Shown: positions 45,218-55,675 of the stretch, in pieces
How positions within the stretch are numbered: the first letter of the stretch is position 1
How the letters are laid out: every line of letters begins with the position of its first letter
Assembly: GCA_026417515.1 (NCBI GenBank)
Contig: JAOADC010000022.1
Coordinates: 1 to 58,672, forward strand
From: Actinomycetota bacterium
GTDB taxonomy: Bacteria; Actinomycetota; Aquicultoria; SKW223
DNA: 58,672 nucleotides
Reading direction: 5' to 3'
The notes under the pieces: model-generated
Database searches by the model: none
The model's input: only the letters and a program-made list of their open reading frames with translations
Told to the model about the DNA's origin: nothing
Position numbers and translations under genes: made by a program

Positions 45218-45787
45218 CTACCCCTCCCCTTTTGAGGACTCGCTCTTTGACATCATTAAAATAGTACTTCTTAAATAATCATAGGCTGAATAAACAGTTA
45301 GTACTAGCGCACCAGCTAAAAAAAACCATGTTATTAAACCAGTTGCTCTATTGAGACTCAGCTGGTTCTTATCAAAAACGACACAGAGCAATATGGCAAT
45401 TATTTGAAAAAATGTCTTTGTTTTTCCGAGTTTTGAAGCGGGTAAACCCATACCCTTTGAATGCGTGAGTGTTCTAAGCGCGCTCACAAGAAATTCCCTT
45501 GCAATGATTACGACAGCAAACCAGGCGCGAAGTTTTTGAGCTTCAACAAGAGATATCAACGCTGCAGAAACAAGCATCTTATCAGCAAATGGATCAAGAA
45601 TTTCTCCAATTTTTGTTGTCTCCCTTCTCAGACGAGCAAGATAACCATCGAATGTATCAGTTAAAGCGGCAACGCCAAAAACAATTGCAGCAAGGTAGTT
45701 GCCATAAGGAAAATCTGAAAAAAATAGAGCCATAAAGACGGGTATGAGAACCACTCTTACAAGAGTAAGAAGATTGGAAATATTCAT
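45218..45787 (-). CDS. pgsA: CDP-diacylglycerol--glycerol-3-phosphate 3-phosphatidyltransferase
   Basis: It has the CDP-alcohol phosphatidyltransferase motif DTFDGYLARLRRETTKIGEILDPFADK. Confidence 0.92.
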   Translation of the reverse strand: MNISNLLTLVRVVLIPVFMALFFSDFPYGNYLAAIVFGVAALTDTFDGYLARLRRETTKIGEILDPFADKMLVSAALISLVEAQKLRAWFAVVIIAREFLVSALRTLTHSKGMGLPASKLGKTKTFFQIIAILLCVVFDKNQLSLNRATGLITWFFLAGALVLTVYSAYDYLRSTILMMSKSESSKGEG

Positions 45788-45789
45788 CC

Positions 45790-47103
45790 TTAAACCAGTT
45801 CTCCCAAGAAATCTACACCTGATGAAGTTTTGAGCCTTACCTGAGCAAAAGTTCCTGGCTTTAGGTCGGCCTCCAATGAAATCAAACCATCTACTTCAGG
45901 AGCTTGAAAATAAGCACGACCAGTGGAAGTCCTTCCATCTGAACTTTCTACAAGCATCTTAACAACTGAACCCTCCTTTTCTGCTGCTTTTTCTTCCATA
46001 ATTTTATAGACAATTTCGGACAGATAATTCAATCTATCTATAATTATTCTCCTGCTTAGTTTATCTTTTGCCCTGAAAGCAGCCGTTCCTTCCATATCTG
46101 AGTAGCCAAAAACCACTGCATAGTCCGGCCTTAGTTTATAAAGAAAATCGACAGTTTCTTCAAAATCCTTTTCTTCTTCCCCTGGAAAGCCTACAAGAAA
46201 GGTCGTTCTTAACGATAAGTTCTTAATCCTTTCTCTAAGCATTCCGATTCCCTCCAAGATATCCTCAGGTGCCCTTTTTCTGTTCATTAGTTTAAGAACT
46301 CTTTTTGAACCTGATTGAACAGGCATTTCAAGATAAGGCACAACCTTTTCATTAGAAAGTAGATTGAAAAGCCTATGAAAATCGATATTATCAGGATTTA
46401 AATAAAGTAATCTTATCCAGATTTGTTCGTTTTCAAGAGATTCAGAAAGCTTATTAACTAAATCATAGATTGTTATATCGCTATTCCTGTCCCTTCCATA
46501 TGATGCAAGATCCTGCGAGATCAAGTTGATTTCTTTGACTCCTGTTTGAACAAGCCTCAAGGCCTCCTCAATAATAGCATCAGAAGTTATGCTTTTTAAA
46601 CTCCCTCTGATTCTTGGAATCAAACAGTACGAACAATTATTGGAGCATCCTTCGGCAATTTTCAGGTAAGCATATGGACGAGATTCCTGAGAGGTTTTGT
46701 ATGTGGAACAATCAAAATCATTTTCATCCCATTCAAGGAACAAACCGCCTTCGTCGTTATTTTTCAAAATATCTGTTGTATTAAGCAGTGCTGCAGTTGA
46801 AAGATAATAATCTGCATAAACTGCTTCTCTTATTTTTTCCCTGAAATAATTAACAGCGCATCCTCCAAAAATAAACTTTTGCCCTTTCTTTAGCATAGAT
46901 TTAATTTCATATGCAGTGGTAAGGGTTTCTTTAACTGCATCCTCTATAAAAGCACAGGTATTAAGGAGCACAAAATCTGCGCTCTCTATTGAATCGGCCT
47001 TAACGTAACCTTCTTCTTGAAACCTCTTTTCAAGAAGGCTTGAATCAAACTCGTTTTTCGCACATCCCAGGGTAACGATAAAGTAACTTCTCTTTCTAAC
47101 CAT
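45790..47103 (-). CDS. rimO: Ribosomal protein S12 methylthiotransferase RimO (second MTTase paralog)
   Basis: It has an MTTase N-domain (LGCAKNE), the radical SAM motif CSNNCSYC and a TRAM-like C-terminus. It is distinct from miaB at 37241. Confidence 0.8.
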   Translation of the reverse strand: MVRKRSYFIVTLGCAKNEFDSSLLEKRFQEEGYVKADSIESADFVLLNTCAFIEDAVKETLTTAYEIKSMLKKGQKFIFGGCAVNYFREKIREAVYADYYLSTAALLNTTDILKNNDEGGLFLEWDENDFDCSTYKTSQESRPYAYLKIAEGCSNNCSYCLIPRIRGSLKSITSDAIIEEALRLVQTGVKEINLISQDLASYGRDRNSDITIYDLVNKLSESLENEQIWIRLLYLNPDNIDFHRLFNLLSNEKVVPYLEMPVQSGSKRVLKLMNRKRAPEDILEGIGMLRERIKNLSLRTTFLVGFPGEEEKDFEETVDFLYKLRPDYAVVFGYSDMEGTAAFRAKDKLSRRIIIDRLNYLSEIVYKIMEEKAAEKEGSVVKMLVESSDGRTSTGRAYFQAPEVDGLISLEADLKPGTFAQVRLKTSSGVDFLGELV

Positions 47104-47106
47104 ACT

Positions 47107-48111
47107 CTATATCAACTCTATTTCAGGCTTGGGCGCTCTGAGCATCAGAGAATTTACACTTTCGCGAGGACTTTTTCTTTCATAAATTATTCTGTAAACC
47201 TCTCCTACTATGGGCATTTCAACTCCATACTTCTCTGAAAGCTGCAAAACTGATCTGGCATTTACAACTCCTTCAACAAACATCTTTGTAGAACTCAAAA
47301 TCTCTTCAATCTTTCTCCCTTTACCTACCTCTTCTCCAAAATTTCTGTTTCTTGAATGTCTTGAAGTTGCCGTAGCAATTAAATCACCAATTCCTGAAAG
47401 ACCTAAGAAAGTAAGTGGATTTGCTCCCATTTTCTTGCCTAAACGAACCATCTCTGCAAGCCCTCGAGTTATGAGCGTTGCTCTTGTATTGTCACCATAA
47501 CCAAGCCCATCTGAAATGCCCACAGCAATTGCAATAACATTTTTCATAGTACCTGCTAACTCAACCCCTACAACATCGTTATGGGTATACACTCTAAAGT
47601 AGTCCCTCATAAGTATTTTTTGCAGTTCTTCAGCCAGCTTCATATTTTCTGAGGCAACTACTGTGGCTGTTGGTATCCTTTTAATCACCTCTTCAGCATG
47701 GTTCGGGCCTGATAAGACTGCAATTGACGAGTTGCTTACACCAAAAACTTCGCTGATTATCTCAGACATTCTTAACAATGAATCTGCTTCAATACCTTTT
47801 GTTACACTTAAGAAATTTGTGTTTCTATCAACATAGGGAACCATTGAGTTGCAAACTTCTCTGAAGTGCTTTGAGGGAACGGCCATTATTACGAGATCAG
47901 CATTTGAGATAGCGATTTTAAGGCTGTCAGTAGCAATGATTTTTTCAGGAAGCCTTACACCTGGAAGGTAGGTGCTGTTAGATCGATATGCGTTTATCTC
48001 TTCAGCAATCTCTTTTCTCCTTGCCCAGAGAACAACCTCATCTACAATCTCAGAAAGCAATGAAGCCAGAGTTGTTCCCCAGCTTCCTGCACCAATGATT
48101 GCTATTTTCAT
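47107..48111 (-). CDS. gpsA: NAD(P)H-dependent glycerol-3-phosphate dehydrogenase
   Basis: It has KIAIIGAGSWGT and the GLKN-like motif TMKNVIAIAVG. Confidence 0.94.
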   Translation of the reverse strand: MKIAIIGAGSWGTTLASLLSEIVDEVVLWARRKEIAEEINAYRSNSTYLPGVRLPEKIIATDSLKIAISNADLVIMAVPSKHFREVCNSMVPYVDRNTNFLSVTKGIEADSLLRMSEIISEVFGVSNSSIAVLSGPNHAEEVIKRIPTATVVASENMKLAEELQKILMRDYFRVYTHNDVVGVELAGTMKNVIAIAVGISDGLGYGDNTRATLITRGLAEMVRLGKKMGANPLTFLGLSGIGDLIATATSRHSRNRNFGEEVGKGRKIEEILSSTKMFVEGVVNARSVLQLSEKYGVEMPIVGEVYRIIYERKSPRESVNSLMLRAPKPEIELI

Positions 48112-48752
48112 CTTCGACCACCAAAGTTAAAGATATTTTCGTTACCATTGAATATTTTTTCAATGTTTATCCTGTGCCTATAAAAGATTAAGATTACTGT
48201 GATTAATACGAAGATTTGAGCTGATATGTTATCAGAATAGAGCACTAAAACACAGAAGGCGACCAGTGTTGAAGCACATAAGGACGCAATCGAGATAACC
48301 CTTGTAAGGAGAGCAATAAAGACAAATGTTAAAAGGCCCAGAAGAGTTGGTACAGGGAAGAGCGCAAAAGCAGCGCCAAAGGAAGTGGCAACTCCCTTTC
48401 CACCAGAAAACCGTAGGAAAGGCGAGTAAGAATGACCTAGTACTGAAAAAAATGCTCCAACAAAGTGAAAGTAAGTTGGCTGAAAAAAACCACCTTTTAT
48501 GCTTGCATCAACGAAGAGATTCGCAGCCAACACTGAAATATAACCTTTAAAAGCGTCCAAGAAAAGCACAAGTACACCAAATGATAAGCCCAAAGTTCTC
48601 GCCACATTAGTTGCACCAATATTTCCGCTTCCTTCGCGAGTTATATCCTTTCCTTTAAGCCTGCCAAGCATATAGCCAAAAGGCAGACTTCCTATAAAAT
48701 AGCAAAGAAACGAATAGAGGATAAACTGGAAAAAGGAAATGTCCATCGTCAC
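48108..48752 (-). CDS. plsY: Glycerol-3-phosphate acyltransferase PlsY
   Basis: It has GSGNIGATNV and GGKGVAT in a polytopic membrane protein. Confidence 0.93.
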   Translation of the reverse strand: MTMDISFFQFILYSFLCYFIGSLPFGYMLGRLKGKDITREGSGNIGATNVARTLGLSFGVLVLFLDAFKGYISVLAANLFVDASIKGGFFQPTYFHFVGAFFSVLGHSYSPFLRFSGGKGVATSFGAAFALFPVPTLLGLLTFVFIALLTRVISIASLCASTLVAFCVLVLYSDNISAQIFVLITVILIFYRHRINIEKIFNGNENIFNFGGRR

Positions 48753-50074
48753 TCACTGTTCCTGAAGTAAATCTTTATAGGGGTTCCAGTAAAACCAAAG
48801 GATTCTCTAAGTCTGTTCTCTAAGAACTTCTTATAATTTTTCTTTACCAACGATTTATCGTTAACAAAAAAGACAAATTCAGGCGGTTCAACGTCTGTTT
48901 GAACACAGTAGTAAACTTTAAGTTTTTTGGCACCAGACACAACCGTATATCCTTGTTGTTTGAGATTTTCCATCCACTTATTGAGTTCAGAGGTCCTTAT
49001 TCTTTTTCTGTACTCTGAAAGAACCTGTTCAACATTTTGAAAAATCTTATTGATATTTCTTCCTGTTTTTGCTGATATGTGCAGGAAAGGCGCATAATTG
49101 AGAAAATAGAGTTTTCTTTCAATACTTGCATAAATTTTCTTTCTCTTATCCTCAGTATCGACTAAATCCCATTTATTTAGCAGTATGATGCAGGCATTTC
49201 CCTTTTCTTCAATCAATTCTGCAATTTTTTGATCCTGCTTAGTTACTCCTTCGCTCGCATCTATTAAAAAAAGACTGACATCGCTTCTTTCGATGGCCCT
49301 CAAAGCCCTTAAAAAACTGTAAAAGAACAGAGGCTCTTCTTTGTCTGATTTCTTTTTTATACCAGCAGTATCTATTATTCTATATATCTTTCCGTTGAAC
49401 TGATAATAACTATCAACAGCGTCTCTTGTTGTTCCAGGTATATCAGAAATTACAGACCTCTCTTCACCTAAAATGCGATTGAGTGTTGAAGATTTTCCAA
49501 CATTTGGTCTTCCAACAAGCGTGATAGCAGCCTCAACTTCAATGTTTTCAGTAGATTCTTTCTCTGGCAAGTTTTCAACAATCTTATCAAGAAGGTCGCC
49601 GGTGCCAACTCCATGGAGAGCAGAAACTATGACAGGCTCTCCCAGTCCTAAGTTTAAGAATTCGAAAGCCAAAGCCTCATCCTGAAGATTCTCAACTTTA
49701 TTTGCTACTAAAATCGTCTTCTTGCCAAGGCTTCTTAAAAGTGAGGCTATTTCCTCGTCTTCAAGGGTTATACCTGCCTTCACATCCACGACAAAGAGTA
49801 TTAGATCTGCTTCCTTAATTGCAACTTCTGCTTGTTTTCTGATTGAACTTGTTAACTCATCTTCCTTTGAAAAAACGATTCCACCTGTATCGACAAGAAG
49901 AAACTCCCTGCCTCTCCAATCGCAATCTGCATAAATCCTATCTCGAGTCACTCCTGGTAGATCATGAACTACTGCTTCCCTCTTTTTAATCAATCTATTT
50001 AACAGAGTTGATTTTCCAACATTCGGTCGACCTATGATAGCCACCAGGGGTAAAGCATCTCTCGCCCTAGGCAA
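48749..50074 (-). CDS. der: Ribosome biogenesis GTPase Der (EngA)
   Basis: It has tandem G domains (GRPNVGKST twice) and a KH-like C-terminus. The start is TTG. Confidence 0.95.
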   Translation of the reverse strand: MPRARDALPLVAIIGRPNVGKSTLLNRLIKKREAVVHDLPGVTRDRIYADCDWRGREFLLVDTGGIVFSKEDELTSSIRKQAEVAIKEADLILFVVDVKAGITLEDEEIASLLRSLGKKTILVANKVENLQDEALAFEFLNLGLGEPVIVSALHGVGTGDLLDKIVENLPEKESTENIEVEAAITLVGRPNVGKSSTLNRILGEERSVISDIPGTTRDAVDSYYQFNGKIYRIIDTAGIKKKSDKEEPLFFYSFLRALRAIERSDVSLFLIDASEGVTKQDQKIAELIEEKGNACIILLNKWDLVDTEDKRKKIYASIERKLYFLNYAPFLHISAKTGRNINKIFQNVEQVLSEYRKRIRTSELNKWMENLKQQGYTVVSGAKKLKVYYCVQTDVEPPEFVFFVNDKSLVKKNYKKFLENRLRESFGFTGTPIKIYFRNSE

Positions 50075-50909
50075 GATTTTTCACCGCCTCAGCAACCCTC
50101 TGGACTATCTCCTTTGGTGTAGATGCTCCTGCTGTGATGCCAACCTTTTCTACCCTTATAAACCATTCTTTTTTCAAATCCATTTCACTTTCAACATGAT
50201 AAGTATTTGGATTGATACCTTTTGCAATCTCGTAAAGTCTTTTTGTGTTTCCACTGTTTTTACCACCAACAACAATCACAACATCGCTTTCAGCAGCAAT
50301 CTCTCTTGTTTCATTCTGGCGATCTGTTGTGGCAGAACAGATTGTATTAAACAACCTCAACTCGAAAGCCTTCTTAACTATCTCTGCTGCAAATATATCT
50401 ATCGTTTCAAGCGACTGGGTAGTCTGAAAAACAACACCAAGTCTTTTTTGGTAAGGAACTTTCGAAAGTTCTTCCGTTTTTTCAATCACAAAAGCTGAAT
50501 CGCCTGCGTAACCTTTAATGCCGACCACTTCAGGATGATCCTTTTCGCCAACTATAAGAACTGTATATCCCTCGTCACTCAACTTCTTTGCAGCAACCTG
50601 CGCTCTTCTCACGTATGGACAGGTAGCGTCTATAATCTTTGCTTGCTTTTCTTCGAGTTCACGATAAACATCTGGTGGCACTCCATGAGACCTGATCACA
50701 ACCACCGCACCAGGGGGCACCTCTTCAACCGATTCAACAACTCTGATACCTGAAGAAGATAGCTCTTTAACAACTATGGGATTGTGGATTATTGGTCCCA
50801 ATGAAACAACTTGACTTCCAGCGCTTAGCGCTTTTTTTGCTATATTGATTGCCCTTTCTACACCGTAGCAGTAACCTGCATGATGAGCAATCTTAATCTC
50901 CAAGTTCAT
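50067..50909 (-). CDS. ispH: 4-hydroxy-3-methylbut-2-enyl diphosphate reductase
   Basis: It has three conserved Cys (GYCYGV, ATCPYV, NTICSAT) and is 280 aa. Confidence 0.94.
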   Translation of the reverse strand: MNLEIKIAHHAGYCYGVERAINIAKKALSAGSQVVSLGPIIHNPIVVKELSSSGIRVVESVEEVPPGAVVVIRSHGVPPDVYRELEEKQAKIIDATCPYVRRAQVAAKKLSDEGYTVLIVGEKDHPEVVGIKGYAGDSAFVIEKTEELSKVPYQKRLGVVFQTTQSLETIDIFAAEIVKKAFELRLFNTICSATTDRQNETREIAAESDVVIVVGGKNSGNTKRLYEIAKGINPNTYHVESEMDLKKEWFIRVEKVGITAGASTPKEIVQRVAEAVKNLA

Positions 50910-51486
50910 TGTACATCCTTTCTAATCGATTTTTCATAATACGCAGATATTCTTCTTCAGCAACCGTTCGGGGATCGATTTCAAAACTTTCAAACTTCAA
51001 TTTTATCTTATTTGGAAATGGCAATAACCTTCGCTTAAAAAGCGGACGAGTTCCTCTTATAGCACAAATAATCACAGGCGCTTGGCTTATCTTAGCAATT
51101 GCATATATGCCTGGTTTCAGTTCCCCAATCCCTTCTTGCTTGACTCTTGTTCCTTCAACGAATATACCCAGCACATCTCCGGTCTTCAAGATTTTTATAG
51201 AAGTCTTTAAAGCACCAATATCTGCAGCTCCTCGCTTGACAGGAAAAGCACCCAGAGAGGTTATAAGCGAATTTAGTAGGGGTATCTTAAAAAGTTCAGC
51301 CTTAGCAATAAAACGTACCTTTCTTCTTGCCGCTATTCCAATTATCACAGGATCCAACCAGCTCTTATGGTTTGAAGCTATGATTGCTGGTCCCTTTTCT
51401 GGCAATAAATCGATATTTTTAAATTCGATTCGAAAAATAGGCTTTAAGAAAATTCCTAAGAGATGCCTAAGCAACCAGTAAAGCAT
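50893..51486 (-). CDS. plsC: 1-acyl-sn-glycerol-3-phosphate acyltransferase
   Basis: It has the HxxxxD motif NHKSWLDP and FVEGTR. Confidence 0.88.
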   Translation of the reverse strand: MLYWLLRHLLGIFLKPIFRIEFKNIDLLPEKGPAIIASNHKSWLDPVIIGIAARRKVRFIAKAELFKIPLLNSLITSLGAFPVKRGAADIGALKTSIKILKTGDVLGIFVEGTRVKQEGIGELKPGIYAIAKISQAPVIICAIRGTRPLFKRRLLPFPNKIKLKFESFEIDPRTVAEEEYLRIMKNRLERMYNELGD

Positions 51487-52170
51487 CTACTTCATTCCTT
51501 TTCTTACGAAGGAAACAATAGTTTCTGCAACTTCCTCAGGTTTGAGTTCAGTCGTATCAATCCATATGGCGTCAGGGGCAGCAACCAAAGGTGAGGCATC
51601 ACGATTAGAATCTGTAGTATCTCTGAAGATTATGTTTTCTTTAACTTCCTCAAGCGTAGTTTTTATTCCCTTCTCAATCAACTCTCTATACCTTCGTTCT
51701 GCTCTAACGCTTGGATGCGCAGTCAAGAAAAACTTGAATTCTGCGTCTTTAAATACAAAACTCCCCATATCTCTTCCGTCGCATACCACATCGTGTTCAT
51801 GAGCAAATTTATGCTGGTAATAAAGCATCTTTTCCCGCACTTTTTTATGCTTTGCCACAACACTAACAGCCTCAGAAACCTCAGAAGTTCTTATCTCTTC
51901 TGAAACATCTCTTCCATTCAGATAACAGGCAAAGAATTTTCTTCCTTTTCTGTTCTCTTCCTTAAACTCAAGGTTTATGCTTTCTAAAACCTCCAGGACT
52001 TCTTCTTCATTTTCTATGTCAACCTTCCTTTCCAGGCACGCAAGAGTTAAAGTCCTGTAAATGGCACCTGAATCTAAATACGAAATACCGAGCATCTCAG
52101 CAACAAGCCTTGCAACAGTGCTCTTACCTGCACCTGCTGGCCCATCGATTGTTACTATCAAAAGAACCAC
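51487..52170 (-). CDS. cmk: Cytidylate kinase
   Basis: It has the P-loop IDGPAGAGKST. The likely start is TTG 52161, 6 nt after GGAG; the track start is GTG 52170. Confidence 0.93.
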   Translation of the reverse strand: MVLLIVTIDGPAGAGKSTVARLVAEMLGISYLDSGAIYRTLTLACLERKVDIENEEEVLEVLESINLEFKEENRKGRKFFACYLNGRDVSEEIRTSEVSEAVSVVAKHKKVREKMLYYQHKFAHEHDVVCDGRDMGSFVFKDAEFKFFLTAHPSVRAERRYRELIEKGIKTTLEEVKENIIFRDTTDSNRDASPLVAAPDAIWIDTTELKPEEVAETIVSFVRKGMK

Positions 52171-52249
52171 TCCGAATCTTGGTTTTCAAATCAAAAAGAT
52201 TATAAGATAGGTCTCCAGTAATCTAACCTAAATGTAATGGCATACCAAA

Positions 52250-53563
52250 CTACTGAGAGACAATTTTTCTTATATCATCGAAAAACGAGGGATAAGAAAC
52301 ATCAATACAATCAGGATTCAGAAGAACACTTTGCCCGTGAGCAAACAAAGACGCGATAGTGAACGCCATAGCAATTCGATGATCTCCAAAACTATCCAAG
52401 GTTGATCCTTCTACAAAACCTTTGCCCTCAATTAAAAGATCATCATTCTTAACTTCAACTTTAACTTTCATTTTTCTTAGATTCTCAGCAACGGCATTTA
52501 ATCTATCAGTTTCTTTAACTCTCAACTCTGATAAACCTTCGAAATAACTTTCACCTTCTGCAAAAGCAGCCACCACTGCAAGCACTGGAATTTCATCAAT
52601 AAGAGTTGGCACTTCCTCTTTTAGAATCTTAAATCCTTTCAGATTTCGACCTGATCTTACCAATATATCACCAAAAGGCTCACCACATTTCATTCCTTTT
52701 TTGTTTACTTGAATATCCGCACCTGCTCTTTTTAATGCCTCCACAAAGCCAGTTCTTCTTGGATTTAAATTTACATTAACGATTGCCAGCTCGCCTGATT
52801 TAGCAATTACACTTGCTGCAACCATAAAAGCTGCTGAAGAAGGATCTCCAGGAACTTCAAACCGGAAATCGCCCTTGATATTTGCATCTCCTGAGACTTC
52901 TATCAAACCATCTTCCACCCTTATTTGAGATCCTATTTCTTTAAGCATATTTTCAGTATGATCTCTTGAATTTCCATTTTCATATATAACGGTTTTACCC
53001 TCAGCAAATATACCTGCAAGAATGATAGAAGACTTTACCTGAGCGCTTGGAATCTCCATTTTGTATTCTATTGCACGAAGTTTTCCACCTTTTATACAGA
53101 GGGGTGGATAACCACCAGAACGGGACATTATGAAAGAACCCATAAGTGTTAGTGGTTCTATTATTCTTTTCATCGGTCTGCGTACCAGATATTTATCACC
53201 TGTAAAAACAAAAAGATGTGGAAGTGATGAAAAAAGTCCAGTTAAAAGCCTCATAGTGGTTGCTGAATTTTTTGCATCAAGAATGCATTCAGGTTCAGAA
53301 AAATTTCTGGCACCTTTGCTTATGATTGTTGCCCTGTTGGAAGCGTTGTCGATACTTACTTCAACACCAACTGCTTTTAAACATTCAACAGTCGCCATAG
53401 TGTCTCTTGAAATAAGGAAATTCTCAACAATAGATTTACCTTTCGAGATTGCTGATAAAATAACAGCTCGATGGCTTATGGATTTATCAGGTGGGGGCTC
53501 GTAAAATCCTTCCACCTTTGATACAGGCTTAATAATTAATCTATCTTTCTTGATTTCAATCAT
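52250..53563 (-). CDS. aroA: 3-phosphoshikimate 1-carboxyvinyltransferase (EPSP synthase)
   Basis: It has PPDKSISHRA, GNSATTMRLL-like NSATTMRLL and DHRIAMAF. Confidence 0.95.
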   Translation of the reverse strand: MIEIKKDRLIIKPVSKVEGFYEPPPDKSISHRAVILSAISKGKSIVENFLISRDTMATVECLKAVGVEVSIDNASNRATIISKGARNFSEPECILDAKNSATTMRLLTGLFSSLPHLFVFTGDKYLVRRPMKRIIEPLTLMGSFIMSRSGGYPPLCIKGGKLRAIEYKMEIPSAQVKSSIILAGIFAEGKTVIYENGNSRDHTENMLKEIGSQIRVEDGLIEVSGDANIKGDFRFEVPGDPSSAAFMVAASVIAKSGELAIVNVNLNPRRTGFVEALKRAGADIQVNKKGMKCGEPFGDILVRSGRNLKGFKILKEEVPTLIDEIPVLAVVAAFAEGESYFEGLSELRVKETDRLNAVAENLRKMKVKVEVKNDDLLIEGKGFVEGSTLDSFGDHRIAMAFTIASLFAHGQSVLLNPDCIDVSYPSFFDDIRKIVSQ

Positions 53564-53567
53564 TTAA

Positions 53568-54662
53568 TCACCCATCCTGGCTGATAGTTGCTTCAAAACC
53601 TGCTGCCTGAAGTATGCTCAATGCTCTTTCTGCGTTTTCTTCGCCGCATACATCAACAAAAAGAAGCCCCTGCCCTTCACCATGAACCATCTCGATGTTT
53701 TCTATATTTATTCCTTGCTGGCCAAAAAGAGCGGTAACCTTGGCAAGCTGACCAGGTTTATTAGGAAGAACCACTTCAAGCCTGAAGATTTTTCCTTTAG
53801 CCTCTGAAGCTCGATATATCTCAAATCTTTTGTCTCTTGCTGGCTTGATGATTTTTTCTATTTCTTCCCTGCTTCCAGATTCGATTGCCGATTTCAAGGA
53901 AATTATTTCTTTAATACATAAATCGATTGCTTTTGAAACCTTATCTTTATTTTCACTCAGAATCAGAGACCAGAGAGAAGGAGATGACATTGAAACTCGG
54001 GTCATATCCCTATAACTTGGGCCACCAAATCGAGCTGCAATGTCAGCGGTTCTGTCTTTTAAAGCCATTGAAACTATCGCCCAACTGATAACGTGAGTTA
54101 GATGAGAATTGTACGCCACTGCATAATCATGCTCTTCAGGAGTTAGTGTTACTGGCTTTGCTCCCAGTGATTTTATAAGCCAGTGGACTTCAGAAATTGC
54201 CATTTCGCTTGTATTTTCAACCGGTGTTATGATGTAAGGTTTTCCAATAAAAATCTCATGGTGTGCAGCATCAAAACCTCCTTTTTCTGAACCAGCCATT
54301 GGATGACCACCAATAAAATTTTCAGGATAAGGAAGTATGGTTTCTGCCAGTTTATGGACCTTCATTTTTAAACTGCAAACATCGGTTACAACCTTATCAG
54401 GAGTCTGATGCTTTGCGATGTATTGAAAAACCTCTTTAACCTTATCAAGCGGAGTGGCTACAATTATCAAATCAGAACTTTGAACAACCTGAGCACCTTC
54501 TTCGAAGCACTCATCAATTGCACCAACTTCTTTTGCTTTTCTTATATGTTCCTTATTTAAATCATAACCATAAATGTAAACTTTATCTTTATACTTATTC
54601 TTTAATGCAAGTGCTATCGAACCGCCGATTAATCCGACTCCAACGATGCCAACCTTCTTCAT
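53568..54662 (-). CDS. tyrA: Prephenate dehydrogenase with C-terminal ACT domain
   Basis: ATG 54662 (MKKVGIVGVGLIGGS) overlaps the aroF stop (TGATG). The upstream 31 codons in the track ORF lie inside aroF. Confidence 0.9.
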   Translation of the reverse strand: MKKVGIVGVGLIGGSIALALKNKYKDKVYIYGYDLNKEHIRKAKEVGAIDECFEEGAQVVQSSDLIIVATPLDKVKEVFQYIAKHQTPDKVVTDVCSLKMKVHKLAETILPYPENFIGGHPMAGSEKGGFDAAHHEIFIGKPYIITPVENTSEMAISEVHWLIKSLGAKPVTLTPEEHDYAVAYNSHLTHVISWAIVSMALKDRTADIAARFGGPSYRDMTRVSMSSPSLWSLILSENKDKVSKAIDLCIKEIISLKSAIESGSREEIEKIIKPARDKRFEIYRASEAKGKIFRLEVVLPNKPGQLAKVTALFGQQGINIENIEMVHGEGQGLLFVDVCGEENAERALSILQAAGFEATISQDG

Positions 54663-55675
54663 CAAAGTTTCCTTCCAAGCGCCTGCGCAACTTGCCTCAA
54701 TTCTTCCATCATCATTTGAAATTGTTTGAGATCCAGAGATTGTGGACCATCGCATAAGGCATTTTTAGGGTCAGGGTGAACCTCAACAATCAAACCATCT
54801 GCACCTGCTGCAATTGCTGCAAGACAGAGTTCTGGAACTATATCTGATCTTCCAGCTGCATGGGAGGGATCAACAACAACAGGTAAGTGAGTAAGTCTTT
54901 TAAGTACAGGTATGGCACTGATATCAAGAGTGTTTCTTGTGCTCACTTCAAACGTTCTTATCCCTCTTTCGCATAGGAGTATCTGATCGTTACCTTCCCT
55001 CGCTATATATTCAGCAGCCATCAGGAGCTCCTCTACAGTGTTTGAAAAGCCTCTCTTAAGAAGGACCGGTTTACCAGTTTTACCAACTTCAGATAGCAAA
55101 TTGAAATTCTGCATATTTCTGGCACCTATCTGTAAAATATCAGCGTGCTCCTTAACATCTTCTATCTGGCGCACATCCATAACTTCTGTAACAACCGGAA
55201 GTCCCGTAATCTCACTAACTTCTTTAAGAAGTTTCAAACCTTCAATGCCAAGACCCTGAAATGAATAAGGTGAGGTTCGTGGTTTAAAAGCACCTCCCCT
55301 AAGAATCTTGGCGCCAGCGTTTTTCACTGCTTCAGCCGTCATAAAAAGTTGTTCCCTGGTCTCCACCGAACAAGGTCCTGCCATTACAGTGAAGTTACCG
55401 CCTCCAATTTTTACACCTCTAACGTCAACAACCGTAGGCTCTGTTCGAAATTCTAGAGAAACAAGTTTATATGGTTTTAAAACCGGCATCACTTTTTCAA
55501 CTTCAGGCCAGGCTTCAAGGGGAAGACTCCTTATGGCTTCTTCCTCGCCAATAACACCAATTATGGTCCTGAACTTGCCTTTTGAAATGTGAACATCAAG
55601 ACCCTGTGATTTTATCTTTTCAACTACTTGATTTATTTGCTCATCGGTTACCTGTGGCTTTAAAACTATAATCAT
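54662..55675 (-). CDS. aroF: 3-deoxy-7-phosphoheptulonate (DAHP) synthase, type I-beta with N-terminal ferredoxin-like regulatory domain
   Basis: It is 337 aa. An N-terminal ~65-aa extra domain precedes a KDO8PS-like barrel (MAGPCSVE, KPRTSPYSFQG, DPSHA). Confidence 0.92.
   Translation of the reverse strand: MIIVLKPQVTDEQINQVVEKIKSQGLDVHISKGKFRTIIGVIGEEEAIRSLPLEAWPEVEKVMPVLKPYKLVSLEFRTEPTVVDVRGVKIGGGNFTVMAGPCSVETREQLFMTAEAVKNAGAKILRGGAFKPRTSPYSFQGLGIEGLKLLKEVSEITGLPVVTEVMDVRQIEDVKEHADILQIGARNMQNFNLLSEVGKTGKPVLLKRGFSNTVEELLMAAEYIAREGNDQILLCERGIRTFEVSTRNTLDISAIPVLKRLTHLPVVVDPSHAAGRSDIVPELCLAAIAAGADGLIVEVHPDPKNALCDGPQSLDLKQFQMMMEELRQVAQALGRKL

Noticed and set aside
50909-51481. A 190-aa ORF on the + strand spans almost exactly the whole plsC gene in antisense.
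   Set aside because: It has no RBS, an S/I/L/F/P-rich low-complexity composition and no recognisable motif. In this relative frame, antisense stops require sense Tyr/His/Gln codons preceded by a pyrimidine-ending codon, which are rare in plsC. A long open antisense frame is therefore expected by chance. plsC itself has clear acyltransferase motifs.
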